The position numbers and the translations under genes are program-made. The notes under the pieces are model-generated. The model was not told the DNA's origin. It did not search any database and worked only from the letters and a program-made list of their open reading frames with translations. Source: an uncultured Verrucomicrobiae bacterium (lineage in GTDB: Bacteria > Verrucomicrobiota > Verrucomicrobiia > Chthoniobacterales > JAFAMB01). Taken from it: DNA of 64,000 nt. This document shows positions 50,506 through 59,737 of the stretch, piece by piece. The stretch is taken from assembly GCA_963837955.1 (NCBI GenBank), contig CAWIPH010000002.1, positions 3,776,001-3,840,000 on the forward strand, in the 5' to 3' direction. Numbering within the stretch: position 1 is the first letter of the stretch; each line of letters starts with the position of its first letter.

Positions 50506-51204
50506 TCACGCTCCGCCCTTCAGCTTCACGATGATCTCGTTGTTTTCGACTTTGATAGACTCGATTCGATGAGCGAACTGGCTTGCTTCCGGCAGCCGCG
50601 TTTCGACTGCTTTGTTCATACCCTCGGTCAACGTCTCTTTATAACTTTGACCCGTGAGAAGCCAGGGAAGCCGCTTTCCGTTACCTTCGACGTCAAGGTT
50701 CTGGATCTTTAAGTCTCCGTTTTCGATCGTTAGGCGGGCCGCTATCTTGCCGTTGAAATAGCGACTGCGGATAGACGGTAGCAACGGCACGTCCACCATG
50801 AACGAAAGCGGCACACTCAGATCGGCAACTAACCAATCCGCCTCTGTTCGAAACCGAAAGTGATCGGCAAAATCAGCGTTCCGTCCGTCAGCAAAAAACC
50901 AGGCATTCAAATCGTTTGGAGAAAAACGAACTTCTGTTCCCTCTCCTCGCATCATCGCTTCTTGGGCGGCTTCGAGCTTGAGGCGGAAGGCCTTTTCGTC
51001 AGCCAAACTGGGCACTGGTTCGAACGTCCGAGGGGAAGGCGACGTCATCTGGTAAGCGCCTTGATAGGTTGAGATCGCGCCCCAGGCGATTGCGACAATG
51101 ACTACAAACCCGGCAACCAACAGGACCAAACAGCCTCCATTGCACGAACCGTTTTCCCGCCAGCGCTTCTCAAGACCGACGCGCGGTCTTGGTATTTTCC
51201 ACAT
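50506..51204 (-). CDS. Hypothetical membrane-anchored protein
   Basis: Starts 2 nt after the rfbB stop; 'GGCLVLLVAGFVVIVAIAWG' TM followed by a beta-rich domain. Confidence 0.75.
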   Translation of the reverse strand: MWKIPRPRVGLEKRWRENGSCNGGCLVLLVAGFVVIVAIAWGAISTYQGAYQMTSPSPRTFEPVPSLADEKAFRLKLEAAQEAMMRGEGTEVRFSPNDLNAWFFADGRNADFADHFRFRTEADWLVADLSVPLSFMVDVPLLPSIRSRYFNGKIAARLTIENGDLKIQNLDVEGNGKRLPWLLTGQSYKETLTEGMNKAVETRLPEASQFAHRIESIKVENNEIIVKLKGGA

Positions 51205-51206
51205 GT

Positions 51207-52211
51207 TCAAAGCTCTCTGTCTTGGCTTGTGCTTCGCGGTTGAAGCAGATCGCGCCACCAAGGTTCATTCTTTCGATACCAGTTGATGGTCGCTCGCAGG
51301 CCGGCTTCGAAATCGTGGAGCGGTTTCCACCCGATCTCCTGGCGGATCTTGGTAGAATCGAGCGAATATCTTCGATCGTGAGCGGGACGATCCGCTACGA
51401 AGCGGATCTGGTCTTCGGCTTTACCCAGGTATTGCAAAATCTTTTTTGCGATATTCAGGTTCTGCTGTTCGGTCCCACCAGTCACGTTATAGATCTCACC
51501 TGCCCGACCCTCCATTAATACATCGAAAACTGCGGCACAATGGTCTTCCACATGGATCCAGTCTCGGACATGTAAGCCATCTCCATAGATCGGCAACGGC
51601 TCGTCCAACAATGCGCGCAGGATCAACAACGGAACAAGTTTCTCCGGGTACTGGTAAGGACCGTAGTTGTTCGAACCTCGGGTGATTACCACATCCTGGC
51701 CATAGGTTTTGTGGTAGGCCAGTGCGAGGAGATCCGCCGCCGCCTTACTAGCGGAGTAAGGCGAACTCGGATTCAGCGGACCCGCCTCCGTAAACGGAAC
51801 GGTCGACTGATTGGATCCGTAAACTTCGTCGGTGGAGACCTGAACGAGACGTTTCACACCGTAATCCCGTGCAGCTTCGAGTAAGACAGTGGTTCCTACT
51901 ACATTGCTGTGTATGAAATCAGCCGGCGAAACAATGCTTCGGTCCACATGACTCTCGGCGGCAAAATTGATCACTGCATAGTAACTATGCCTCGACAGGA
52001 TTTCTCGGATCGTTTTCCGATCAGCAATATCGGCCCGGATAAATTCGTAGCGGTCGCCAAAACGGACCGGGAAATCCGCCGTGGTAACGAGGGAACCCGC
52101 ATAGGTCAAAAGGTCGACATTCGTAATGCTTTCAGGTTGATAATGTTCCAGCACGTAGCGGATGAAGTTACTGCCGATAAATCCGCATCCTCCCGTAACA
52201 AGCAATCTCAT
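51207..52211 (-). CDS. rfbB: dTDP-glucose 4,6-dehydratase
   Basis: 'TGGCGFIGSNF', 'LTYAG', 'AAESHVDRS', 'STDEVYG', 'YSASK', 'DRPAHDRRY'. Confidence 0.96.
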   Translation of the reverse strand: MRLLVTGGCGFIGSNFIRYVLEHYQPESITNVDLLTYAGSLVTTADFPVRFGDRYEFIRADIADRKTIREILSRHSYYAVINFAAESHVDRSIVSPADFIHSNVVGTTVLLEAARDYGVKRLVQVSTDEVYGSNQSTVPFTEAGPLNPSSPYSASKAAADLLALAYHKTYGQDVVITRGSNNYGPYQYPEKLVPLLILRALLDEPLPIYGDGLHVRDWIHVEDHCAAVFDVLMEGRAGEIYNVTGGTEQQNLNIAKKILQYLGKAEDQIRFVADRPAHDRRYSLDSTKIRQEIGWKPLHDFEAGLRATINWYRKNEPWWRDLLQPRSTSQDREL

Positions 52212-52308
52212 CCCTCGGCTCTTAGCATAGCCGAAAGCGGATAGCCAATAGCCTATTACTTGCGAACTTTGGCTATTGGCTATTGGCTATCGGTCATCTT
52301 CTCCTGTT

Positions 52309-52785
52309 ATGAGTGAGTTTTCTATTCGTTTCGCGACTCCGGAGGACGCCGAAACCGTTTTCCATTTGGTTCGACAGCTAGCCGAATACGAAAAGCTTGC
52401 TCACGAAGTCATATCATCGCCGGAAAATTTCCGTGAGACGTTGGCGCGTCGGGAATCGACACTCGAAGTGCTTCTAGCCGAATCCAGCGGACAAGCTGTC
52501 GGATTCGCGCTCTTTTTCGAAAACTTTTCGACTTTTCTTGGCCGGCCAGGGCTCTACCTCGAAGATCTTTTTGTGCTGCCGGAGGTCCGCCGGCTGGGAA
52601 TCGGTACGGCTCTCTTTGAACGCATGTTCGAAATTGCTCGGGACAGAAAGTACGGTCGCATCGAGTGGGCGGTCCTGGATTGGAACACCCCGGCGATCGA
52701 ATTTTACACCAAGAAATTAGGAGCACGGTTGCTAACCGATTGGCGCGTTTGCCGAGTGATGATGGGGGATGAGGGATCGGAGTGA
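52309..52785 (+). CDS. GNAT N-acetyltransferase (diamine acetyltransferase-like)
   Basis: 'LAEYEKL', 'FSTFLGRPGLYLEDLFV..RRLGIG', 'WAVLDWNTPAIEFY'. Confidence 0.93.
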   Translation: MSEFSIRFATPEDAETVFHLVRQLAEYEKLAHEVISSPENFRETLARRESTLEVLLAESSGQAVGFALFFENFSTFLGRPGLYLEDLFVLPEVRRLGIGTALFERMFEIARDRKYGRIEWAVLDWNTPAIEFYTKKLGARLLTDWRVCRVMMGDEGSE

Positions 52786-52796
52786 TGGAGTGATGG

Positions 52797-53471
52797 CTAG
52801 ACCATTTTGAGCCGCTCGCGCATCGCGTCCTCTACTCGCTTCCGTTCCACCTCAAATTCTTCCGGAGTCTTGGTCGGAGGCACTTGGATCAAGGGCAGAA
52901 TCGTCAGGTCAACTCTAGAGAAGGGTTTCGGAATCGCGAATCCGTCCCAAGATTTCAGTCGCCAAAAGGAACTGAATTCGAAGAGGAGCGGCATTAACGG
53001 GACCTGGCAATGCTGGGACAAAAGAACGACCCCGGGAGAAAGCTTGTATTTCGGGCCGCGAGGACCATCCGGCGTGATGCAAAGGTCGTAGCCCTCCTTC
53101 ACCTTTTTCACGAGATCCATAAGGGCAATCGCCCCGCGGCGCGAACTGGAGCCCCGGATCGAGCCAACCCCGAGATGCCGGACCAACTCGGCTCCATAAG
53201 CCCCATCTCGGCTAGCGCTGTTGAGGATGTATGCTCCTTTGCGCTTCGGATAATGTCGCATGAATGCCGCCGCCATACCGAGCATGCGATTGTGCCAAAT
53301 CAAGGCGACGACGGGCCGCGGGTCGGTTGATTGAAAGAAACCGGCTTCGTCCACGATGCGACACCGAAGCGTGCTTAAGTACGCCTTAACCAGCAGCGCG
53401 GCAAGCCACAGCAACAGTTTTGTACCTCGCTTGAGCTGACGAACTTCGGTCGACCGGGCCAGGGAAGACAC
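52797..53471 (-). CDS. DUF374 / lysophospholipid acyltransferase-family protein
   Basis: 'WHNR', 'SASRDG', 'RGSSSR', 'ITPDGPRGP', 'SWD.F.IPKPFS'. Confidence 0.9.
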   Translation of the reverse strand: MSSLARSTEVRQLKRGTKLLLWLAALLVKAYLSTLRCRIVDEAGFFQSTDPRPVVALIWHNRMLGMAAAFMRHYPKRKGAYILNSASRDGAYGAELVRHLGVGSIRGSSSRRGAIALMDLVKKVKEGYDLCITPDGPRGPKYKLSPGVVLLSQHCQVPLMPLLFEFSSFWRLKSWDGFAIPKPFSRVDLTILPLIQVPPTKTPEEFEVERKRVEDAMRERLKMV

Positions 53472-53593
53472 TACAAGTTATAGGTTACAGGTTGCAGGTT
53501 GCAGGTTACAAGTTGAGGGTCTCTGCGTGACGAAACGCCCAGCTTGGGGCTTGTAACCTGGAACTTGTAACCCGGAACTTGCAACATGTAACC
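53472..53593. repeat. 7-nt periodic inverted-repeat element
   Basis: (A/G)GTT(A/G)CA x~6 faces (C)TTG(T/C)AAC / CTGGAAC x~6; fills the gap between the mutase stop and the DUF374 start. Confidence 0.8.
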
Positions 53594-53598
53594 CCCTT

Positions 53599-55362
53599 CT
53601 AGACCATTGGCCGGAACTTGCCGACAACTTCGCTCAATCGGTTCGTGATCTGGCCCAACGAACAATGCTCAACGGTATTAACCAGTTCAGCGAATACGTT
53701 GCCGCCGGTCTCAACTACGTTGGCTAACGCATCCAGACTTTTTTCGGATTGGTCCGCGTGCCGGTGATGAAACTCATGCAGACGATCTAAGTGTAATTGC
53801 TTCTTTTCCCTTGGCGTTCGAACCATCTCGATATTCGGCCAACGGTTCTCATCATCCGAGTAGCGGTTTAACCCGACAATTGAGCGCTCGCCGCTGGAAA
53901 TCTGACTCTCCAGGAGATGAGCAGCCGCCTGGATCTGGCTTCGCTGATAACGCCGCTCGATGGCTCCCAGAACACCTCCTTGTTCCTCGATCGCTTCAAA
54001 CTCCTCCAGGATGCCTACCTCCACGGCATCGGCCACTACTCGCATTCCGGGTGATCCGGCGAGCGTGTTCATCATATGCCGGAAGAGCCCGCTCTCTTCC
54101 AGTAAGATGGCCTGAGCGTGCGCAGCGTACCGGGCGTATTCTTCGCTTGGCGTGGTGAACGGTTCATCAGCAGAGTTGCTGTGACACGAATTTGTCGCGT
54201 TCATGCAGGCAAGCACCAACTCGATGGCCGTTCGCGTGAGATTGTTTTTCCAATCTGCCGCCACCAATGATCGACCGCTCGTCTGGGTGTGTAGCTTGAG
54301 CTTCTGAGCTCGTTCGCCCGCCCCGAAAACGTCTCTCATGCCAAGGGCCCAGATTTTGCGGCAGACCCGGGCCAAGGCCACATATTCGACATCGAGTCCA
54401 CAATCGAGGAAAAACGAGAGACGAGGACCGAACACGTCCACCTCCATGCCGCGATTCTGGAAATAATCAACGTACGCGAAACCATTCGAGAGCGTATAGG
54501 CTGCTTGTTGTACCGGGGTCGCCCCGGCCTCGGCGATGTGATAGCCGCTGATGGAGATCGGATACCAACGCGGCATCTCGGTGGCGCAAAAGTCGACCAT
54601 GTCCGCGAGGAACCGCATCGAAGGCTCGATCGGGAAGATGAGCTCGTTTTGTGCTTGGACTTCCTTAAGTACGTCGGCCTGAATCGTGCCTCGCAATTTC
54701 GATACTACGGTTGGACCAAACCGCCGCTTAGCGGCCGCAATGTACATCGCGAGAAGAATCGGCGCAGGCCCCGAGATGGTCATTGAGACGGAGACGCGCG
54801 GCTGGTCGAGCGCGAAGCCTGCATAAAGCCGCTCGACGTCATCAACCGTGTCCACCGCGACACCGCCTTCCCCGATCTTTCCGAAAACTCCGCGTGCTCC
54901 AGCTCCGACACCGTAAAGAGTCGGTCCGTCGAAGGCTGTGCTCAAACGCTTGCTCTGCTGGTTGCGCGACAAATAGTGAAATCGCGCATTGGTATCCTCG
55001 GGTAAGCCAAGCCCTGCGAACAGGCGGGTTGGTTCTTCGCTCTGCGTTCCGTTACCCGTAAATCCGTTTGAATGCAGGTACTGCTCGGAATAAGCAGCGG
55101 ACAAATAAGGGAACTCGCCGGGCAGACCCTCTTCCAGAAGGAACCGAGTGATTTCGCCAGCTTCATCGAGTTCCGGCAGGGCCAACGTCGGAAGTTTGAT
55201 CCCGGTCGGGGTGCTGGTCGTCCCAATCTTTGAACGGATTTCGCGCCACCGGTTCTCTACTTGCTCTGCAGCCTCGGGGACATCGCGCACACGCTTCACT
55301 TCCGACCGAACAAATTTGCGGTATTTCCGCACTGCTTGAACAATTTGACCGAGGGACGTCAT
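53599..55362 (-). CDS. Acyl-CoA mutase substrate-binding (TIM barrel) subunit of IcmF type
   Basis: 'PGEFPY', 'EPTRLFAG', 'RLSTAFD', 'RGTIQADVLKE.QAQN', 'SISGYHIAEAG', 'HTQTSGRSL'; no B12 domain. Confidence 0.9.
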   Translation of the reverse strand: MTSLGQIVQAVRKYRKFVRSEVKRVRDVPEAAEQVENRWREIRSKIGTTSTPTGIKLPTLALPELDEAGEITRFLLEEGLPGEFPYLSAAYSEQYLHSNGFTGNGTQSEEPTRLFAGLGLPEDTNARFHYLSRNQQSKRLSTAFDGPTLYGVGAGARGVFGKIGEGGVAVDTVDDVERLYAGFALDQPRVSVSMTISGPAPILLAMYIAAAKRRFGPTVVSKLRGTIQADVLKEVQAQNELIFPIEPSMRFLADMVDFCATEMPRWYPISISGYHIAEAGATPVQQAAYTLSNGFAYVDYFQNRGMEVDVFGPRLSFFLDCGLDVEYVALARVCRKIWALGMRDVFGAGERAQKLKLHTQTSGRSLVAADWKNNLTRTAIELVLACMNATNSCHSNSADEPFTTPSEEYARYAAHAQAILLEESGLFRHMMNTLAGSPGMRVVADAVEVGILEEFEAIEEQGGVLGAIERRYQRSQIQAAAHLLESQISSGERSIVGLNRYSDDENRWPNIEMVRTPREKKQLHLDRLHEFHHRHADQSEKSLDALANVVETGGNVFAELVNTVEHCSLGQITNRLSEVVGKFRPMV

Positions 55363-55381
55363 AGGCCGCTGTTAAGGGATG

Positions 55382-56569
55382 TTAAGAGGCTCGCTGCGTA
55401 GCCGTCGCGCATTCAGATAAGCGCACGCCTTCGGTTTTTCGGGGAAACAAAATTTCAAAAAGCTGGTCGACTCCAGGATCATCATGCCGAGTGGCTTGCG
55501 TTCGGAGCAAACGCTGTCCGCGATGATTGGGACCGATCCGAGCTTCGATTTCGGCCAACGCCGTCCGCGCTCCTCGCAGGTCCGACTTGTTGACGACGAT
55601 CACTTCAGCGGCATCGAGCATCGCGATCTTGTGCAACTGCAGCCGGCCACCATAGTCCGGCGGCATTACCAGAAACGACGCATCGAGCCTCATTTCGGCA
55701 AAATCGAACGGCAACGCCTCCTGGCCAGTACCAACTGTCTCGACCAGCACAGCATCGAAAATTTCGGTGCCGGCCAGGAAACGTAAGCTTTGTTCCGTAA
55801 CCAGGCTGAGCCCTCCCGACTGCCCTCGCGTAGCCATGCTGCGGATAAAGACGCGATCGTCTTGGGAATAAATCATGGTCGCTCGATCACCCAAAAGTGC
55901 GCCTAATCCAAGTACACTGGGATCATGCGACAAGATAGCGATCCTCCGGTCTTTAGAGAAATGTCGGAGAAAACGCGTCACCAGCTCGTCGATCAGCGTG
56001 GTCTTTCCGGCTCCGCCCGGCCCGGTAAAGCCAAACATTCTTGTTGTCCGCGGGATTGGCAGGTTTCCAGCCGACGCCAACACGCGACTCCCCGCGCCAT
56101 TCTCAATGCGGGTCAACATCGCGGCTAGCGCTTGATCGCTTCTCGAGTTGCCGAATTCTCCTTGAGGTACCGGAGCCCCAAATCGTCTTTTGACGTAATC
56201 GACCATTTCCCCGAGGGACGTACCAGCAAAGAAGATCTGGTCCACTCCCGACTCATACATCTGTTCCGCGTCCGCTTTTGTGATGGTAGCACCACCACCC
56301 CCGAACAATTTGATGTGCTGACCGTTTCGAGCGCGCAGTTCCGCTAGAACCTCGGCAAAAAATTCTATGTGACCGCCGTTGTAGCTGGAAATACCGATCG
56401 CCCGGACCCCCTCCTGTACAGCGGCTCGCACGATGTCCTCAGCCGACCGGTGATAACCCAAGTAGACAACCTCGATCCCATGCCGGATCAGCTCGAGATT
56501 GATCGTATTAATGGCGCTGTCGTGTCCGTCGCAGATGGGAACGGCAGTCAGGATCCGGATTGGTTCCAT
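55382..56569 (-). CDS. Cobalamin-binding domain fused to a MeaB/MeaI-type GTPase (N-terminal half of IcmF)
   Basis: 'CDGHD', 'SSYNGGH', 'GGGG', then P-loop 'GPGGAGKT', 'DPS..GALLGDR', 'ETVGTGQ', 'NKSD'. Confidence 0.9.
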   Translation of the reverse strand: MEPIRILTAVPICDGHDSAINTINLELIRHGIEVVYLGYHRSAEDIVRAAVQEGVRAIGISSYNGGHIEFFAEVLAELRARNGQHIKLFGGGGATITKADAEQMYESGVDQIFFAGTSLGEMVDYVKRRFGAPVPQGEFGNSRSDQALAAMLTRIENGAGSRVLASAGNLPIPRTTRMFGFTGPGGAGKTTLIDELVTRFLRHFSKDRRIAILSHDPSVLGLGALLGDRATMIYSQDDRVFIRSMATRGQSGGLSLVTEQSLRFLAGTEIFDAVLVETVGTGQEALPFDFAEMRLDASFLVMPPDYGGRLQLHKIAMLDAAEVIVVNKSDLRGARTALAEIEARIGPNHRGQRLLRTQATRHDDPGVDQLFEILFPRKTEGVRLSECATATQRAS

Positions 56570-56750
56570 AAAATTGGGGAAGAAAGATAACCTAGTTCCA
56601 GAAAGCAACAAACCGTATGCCCGATGCAAGCTTAGGTAACAACCGCTTTATCGAAACGCATCGGTATCCATAGCAGACTTGGGTTTTTACGGCGATTTGA
56701 AGATAGTCTAACCGATTGCCGGCGTTTGAGTAATGAGAAAGAACCCGGGC

Positions 56751-56783
56751 GGGGAGGGATCGCGTCCTCGCGATCCGCGGCGC
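56751..56783 (+). repeat. Single R2 REP
   Basis: GGGGAGGGATCGCGTCCTCGCGATCCGCGGCGC, matching the inverse units of 44518-44825. Confidence 0.8.
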
Positions 56784-56902
56784 ACGATACCGCGAAAACT
56801 CGCCCAGCCATTCAATCGCGCCACTCCCGACCTTAGGAGCCGAACGGCGTCCCCATCGCGAAGTTGCAATGGCGGACGCTAGGGAATGCGCCCAAACGGC
56901 TT

Positions 56903-57340
56903 TCAATCCTCGACTACTTCGTCCGAAATCTCATTGCGCCGCTTAGAGCCGTCGGGCGGAAAATGTTCGGCCAGCACCGAGCCTACTTTCTCAACCGCAC
57001 CAACGATTGCTGCGGTAAACTCTCCCTTTTTGAGATCCGGCTGCATTTGCTGAATCACTTCTTCCCAGAAAGCCTCATCAGACTTGGTATCGACAGCGGT
57101 GTCGCCAAAAATTGCTACTTTTTGAGCGGCCGGAGCCACGAGTATCAACACGCCGTTCCGTTTCTCGGTCCGATCGAGTTTTAACTTGCGAAATGATTTT
57201 CGGGCAAAGGCAAGGGCGTCTTTAGGTCGACGACGCGTGACGAAAACTACAATCTGGCCACTGGATTTGTTTTCGGCTTTTCGAATTGCCGCAGCGACCC
57301 GATCGTGCTCGAGCCGATCCAGAAAGTGTTTGGTCTTCAT
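56903..57340 (-). CDS. TPM domain-containing protein (short)
   Basis: 'AAIRKAE..SSGQI', 'TEKRNGVLI', 'NEISDEV'; lemA operon context. Confidence 0.9.
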   Translation of the reverse strand: MKTKHFLDRLEHDRVAAAIRKAENKSSGQIVVFVTRRRPKDALAFARKSFRKLKLDRTEKRNGVLILVAPAAQKVAIFGDTAVDTKSDEAFWEEVIQQMQPDLKKGEFTAAIVGAVEKVGSVLAEHFPPDGSKRRNEISDEVVED

Positions 57341-57358
57341 AAGCTCGGACCCGGAGAG

Positions 57359-58189
57359 CTACCAACTGCCTCCGGCGCCACCTCCGCCGGTGTCCCCTCC
57401 GCCCCCAGAGAAACCGCCGCCATCACCACCACCGCCGCCGCCGCCGAATCCACCCCCACCGCCGCCAAACCCGCCGCCACCAATCCAAGGGCCACCTCCC
57501 CCGCCGATGATTAGCCCGCCGCGTCTTCGAGCAGCGATCATGGCAAACACCAAAAAAACGAGCAGGAAAACCACTGGAATAATCCAAGACGAGTCGTCAG
57601 ACGCGTGGCCGCGCTGTTCAGCCACCGTTTTGCCGATGCCTTTGTACTCCCCTTGAGCAGCCGCCATCATGGCGTGAACGCCCTGAGCCAGGCCCCCGTC
57701 AAAGTCGCCCGCCTGAAACCGCGGGGCGATCTGATCCGAGACGATCCGCTTACAGATTGCGTCCGGTAATGCTCCTTCCAGGCCGCGGCCGGTCGCGATC
57801 CAGATCTTCCGGTTTTTGACAAAAACCAAAAGCAACGCGCCATTGTCCTTTCCTTGCTGCCCAATTTTCGCGGCGCGGTAGAGTTGGACGCTGTAGTCTT
57901 CGACAGTCGTCGTGTCGGGAAGTTCTGGAAAGATGACTACTACCAATTGGTTCGAAGTTGAGCGTTCGAACGATTCCAGTTCGCTATTCAGGGCCTCAAC
58001 GGTAGCAGGTTTGATTAGCCCGGCATAGTCGTTGAAGTAGCGCTTCGGCGGGTTTTTGAGCGCCTCCTCAGCGGTAACGGCTCGAGCGGCCTGAGGCACA
58101 GCCGAAGCGGCTACAATCACCAATCCGATCGCTACGAAACTACGCCGGAGAGCAGCCGAAAGCGGGATGGACAGAGAGCGTGCTCTCAT
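57359..58189 (-). CDS. TPM domain protein (YgcG-like) with TM helix and Gly-rich tail
   Basis: 'NDYAG', 'IGQQGKDNGALL', 'TGRGLEG.LPD', C-terminal 'GGGGAGGSW'. Confidence 0.92.
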   Translation of the reverse strand: MRARSLSIPLSAALRRSFVAIGLVIVAASAVPQAARAVTAEEALKNPPKRYFNDYAGLIKPATVEALNSELESFERSTSNQLVVVIFPELPDTTTVEDYSVQLYRAAKIGQQGKDNGALLLVFVKNRKIWIATGRGLEGALPDAICKRIVSDQIAPRFQAGDFDGGLAQGVHAMMAAAQGEYKGIGKTVAEQRGHASDDSSWIIPVVFLLVFLVFAMIAARRRGGLIIGGGGGPWIGGGGFGGGGGGFGGGGGGGDGGGFSGGGGDTGGGGAGGSW

Positions 58190-58231
58190 AGGCAATTAAT
58201 ATGATGCGGTAGCCCGGAGGCAGCAACCGAT

Positions 58232-58873
58232 CTACTTCGGACTGGGCGAGGGACTAAAAGATGGGAATGAAACCGTAGGGGCGTTTTCCGCACCGGCGGC
58301 ACTGGCAAAGTATGCTTTCGGGCTGAAACCCATTAGGCCGGCGTACAGCACCGTTGGGAAGGACTTGACCATCACGTTGTAGGCCTGAGCAGCCTTATTG
58401 AAATCGCCACGGGCAACTGCTATCCGGTTCTCGGTACCTTCGAGTTGGGCCTGAAGATCACGGAAATTGGTATTGGCCTTTAATTCCGGGTAGTTTTCAC
58501 TGACCGCCAGCAAACGTCCTAGAGTGCTCGATAGACCATCCTGAGCCTGCTGGAATCGTTTAATGGCCTCCGGATCAGTTGGCGCCTTGGACATATCGAC
58601 GGTCACCTTGGTGGCGTTTGCCCGGGCATTAATCACGTCTGTCAGGGTCGATTTTTCGAAATTTGCCGCCCCTTGGACGGTGTTTACCAGATTGGGTATC
58701 AGGTCCGCTCTTCGCTGGTACTGGGTTTGCACGTTAGCCCAGGAGGTATCAACGCTGGCTTGAGACTGCACCAGGCGATTGTAGCCGCCGCCGCCAACCA
58801 CGGCGGCGATCGCTACGACAACTAAAATTAGCACCGCTAGGCACCCGCATCCGATCGCAACGTTTCTGTTCAT
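58232..58873 (-). CDS. lemA: LemA family protein
   Basis: 'WANV..QYQRRADLIPNLV.TV', 'ENYPELKA..F..LQ.QLEGTENRIAVAR'. Confidence 0.95.
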   Translation of the reverse strand: MNRNVAIGCGCLAVLILVVVAIAAVVGGGGYNRLVQSQASVDTSWANVQTQYQRRADLIPNLVNTVQGAANFEKSTLTDVINARANATKVTVDMSKAPTDPEAIKRFQQAQDGLSSTLGRLLAVSENYPELKANTNFRDLQAQLEGTENRIAVARGDFNKAAQAYNVMVKSFPTVLYAGLMGFSPKAYFASAAGAENAPTVSFPSFSPSPSPK

Positions 58874-59120
58874 ATATTCAGGGAGAGGCCAAGTCTCCGA
58901 GTTCTTATCCTGTTTAGGTGCTATTTGGCAACCGCAACCCAATTTCCCTGGGAAAAAGTGGCGCAATAGGGGGCGCTTCTGCCCCCCAAGGGCGCTTCCC
59001 TCTGCCGCCAAAGGCACGGCCGAGAGATCGATCGTCAGGGTAGAATTGGTTGCCTCCAGGGGAGCCGGAACCTACCCGGGCGGTTTTACAGGATTAAGCA
59101 AGGTTTTTCTGCTAGTTCAA

Positions 59121-59149
59121 TTGACGGTCAGGGCAAGTACGGCTACTAT
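59121..59149 (+). promoter_or_regulatory. Sigma-70 promoter of rpsU
   Basis: TTGACG-N17-TACTAT. Confidence 0.7.
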
Positions 59150-59186
59150 CCTGCCCTCACAAACTGCTCGAAGAAAAAGATTTTTT

Positions 59187-59381
59187 ATGCCTGAAGTAAT
59201 TGTCCGCAAAGGAGAGCCTATCGACCGGGCCCTCAAGCGCTTAAAGAACAAACTAGACGCCGAGGGTATCATGGAGGAAGTGCGGCGTCTGCGCGCTTTC
59301 GAGACCCCGAACCAGAAAGTTCGTCGGAAGGCTAAACTTGCGGCCAAACGGGGCAAGATGAAGTTCCGCTTTAATCCCTAA
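59187..59381 (+). CDS. rpsU: 30S ribosomal protein S21
   Basis: 'MPEVIVRKGEPIDRALKRLK..GIMEEVRRLRAFETP'. Confidence 0.95.
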   Translation: MPEVIVRKGEPIDRALKRLKNKLDAEGIMEEVRRLRAFETPNQKVRRKAKLAAKRGKMKFRFNP

Positions 59382-59405
59382 GTTACTCTTACATAGGTAC
59401 TTCCG

Positions 59406-59434
59406 AAAGCTTCGCATCACCGCGAAGCTTTTTT
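59406..59434 (+). terminator. Rho-independent terminator after rpsU
   Basis: AAAGCTTCGC-ATCACC-GCGAAGCTTT followed by TTT. Confidence 0.85.
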
Positions 59435-59498
59435 ATTCGGCTGAGAAAGGCTATTTGCTCAGACCCAACAATCCGAAAGCGTTGAGATTCCCATCACG

Positions 59499-59624
59499 GT
59501 CGGAGGGGAGCCGCTTGCGGCTCCCGGGAGCGGCCCATGATCACACAACACACCCGATCGCTCGCCTCGATTCCTCAATTCGCCCTGGATTATTCTCGGG
59601 CGTCGCAAGCGACGCCCCTCCGAC
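59499..59624. repeat. Inverted REP pair, family R3
   Basis: GTCGGAGGGGAGCCGCTTGCGGCTCCC ... GGGCGTCGCAAGCGACGCCCCTCCGAC. Confidence 0.85.
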
Positions 59625-59737
59625 GGTTGGGCATAGCCGAGATAATCGCCGTGGCGCGCCAAGGTTTCAGGCTACTCGCCTTGAGACCAATCCGTCTCCG
59701 TATTTCGTTCCAATCGAGGCCTTTGCCGCCTCCTCCT

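Noticed and set aside
56570..56902. Cobalamin riboswitch upstream of the B12 mutase genes
   Set aside because: No B12-box or GCCACTG/GGGAAG-type conserved segments seen on the minus strand; the region holds an R2 REP instead.
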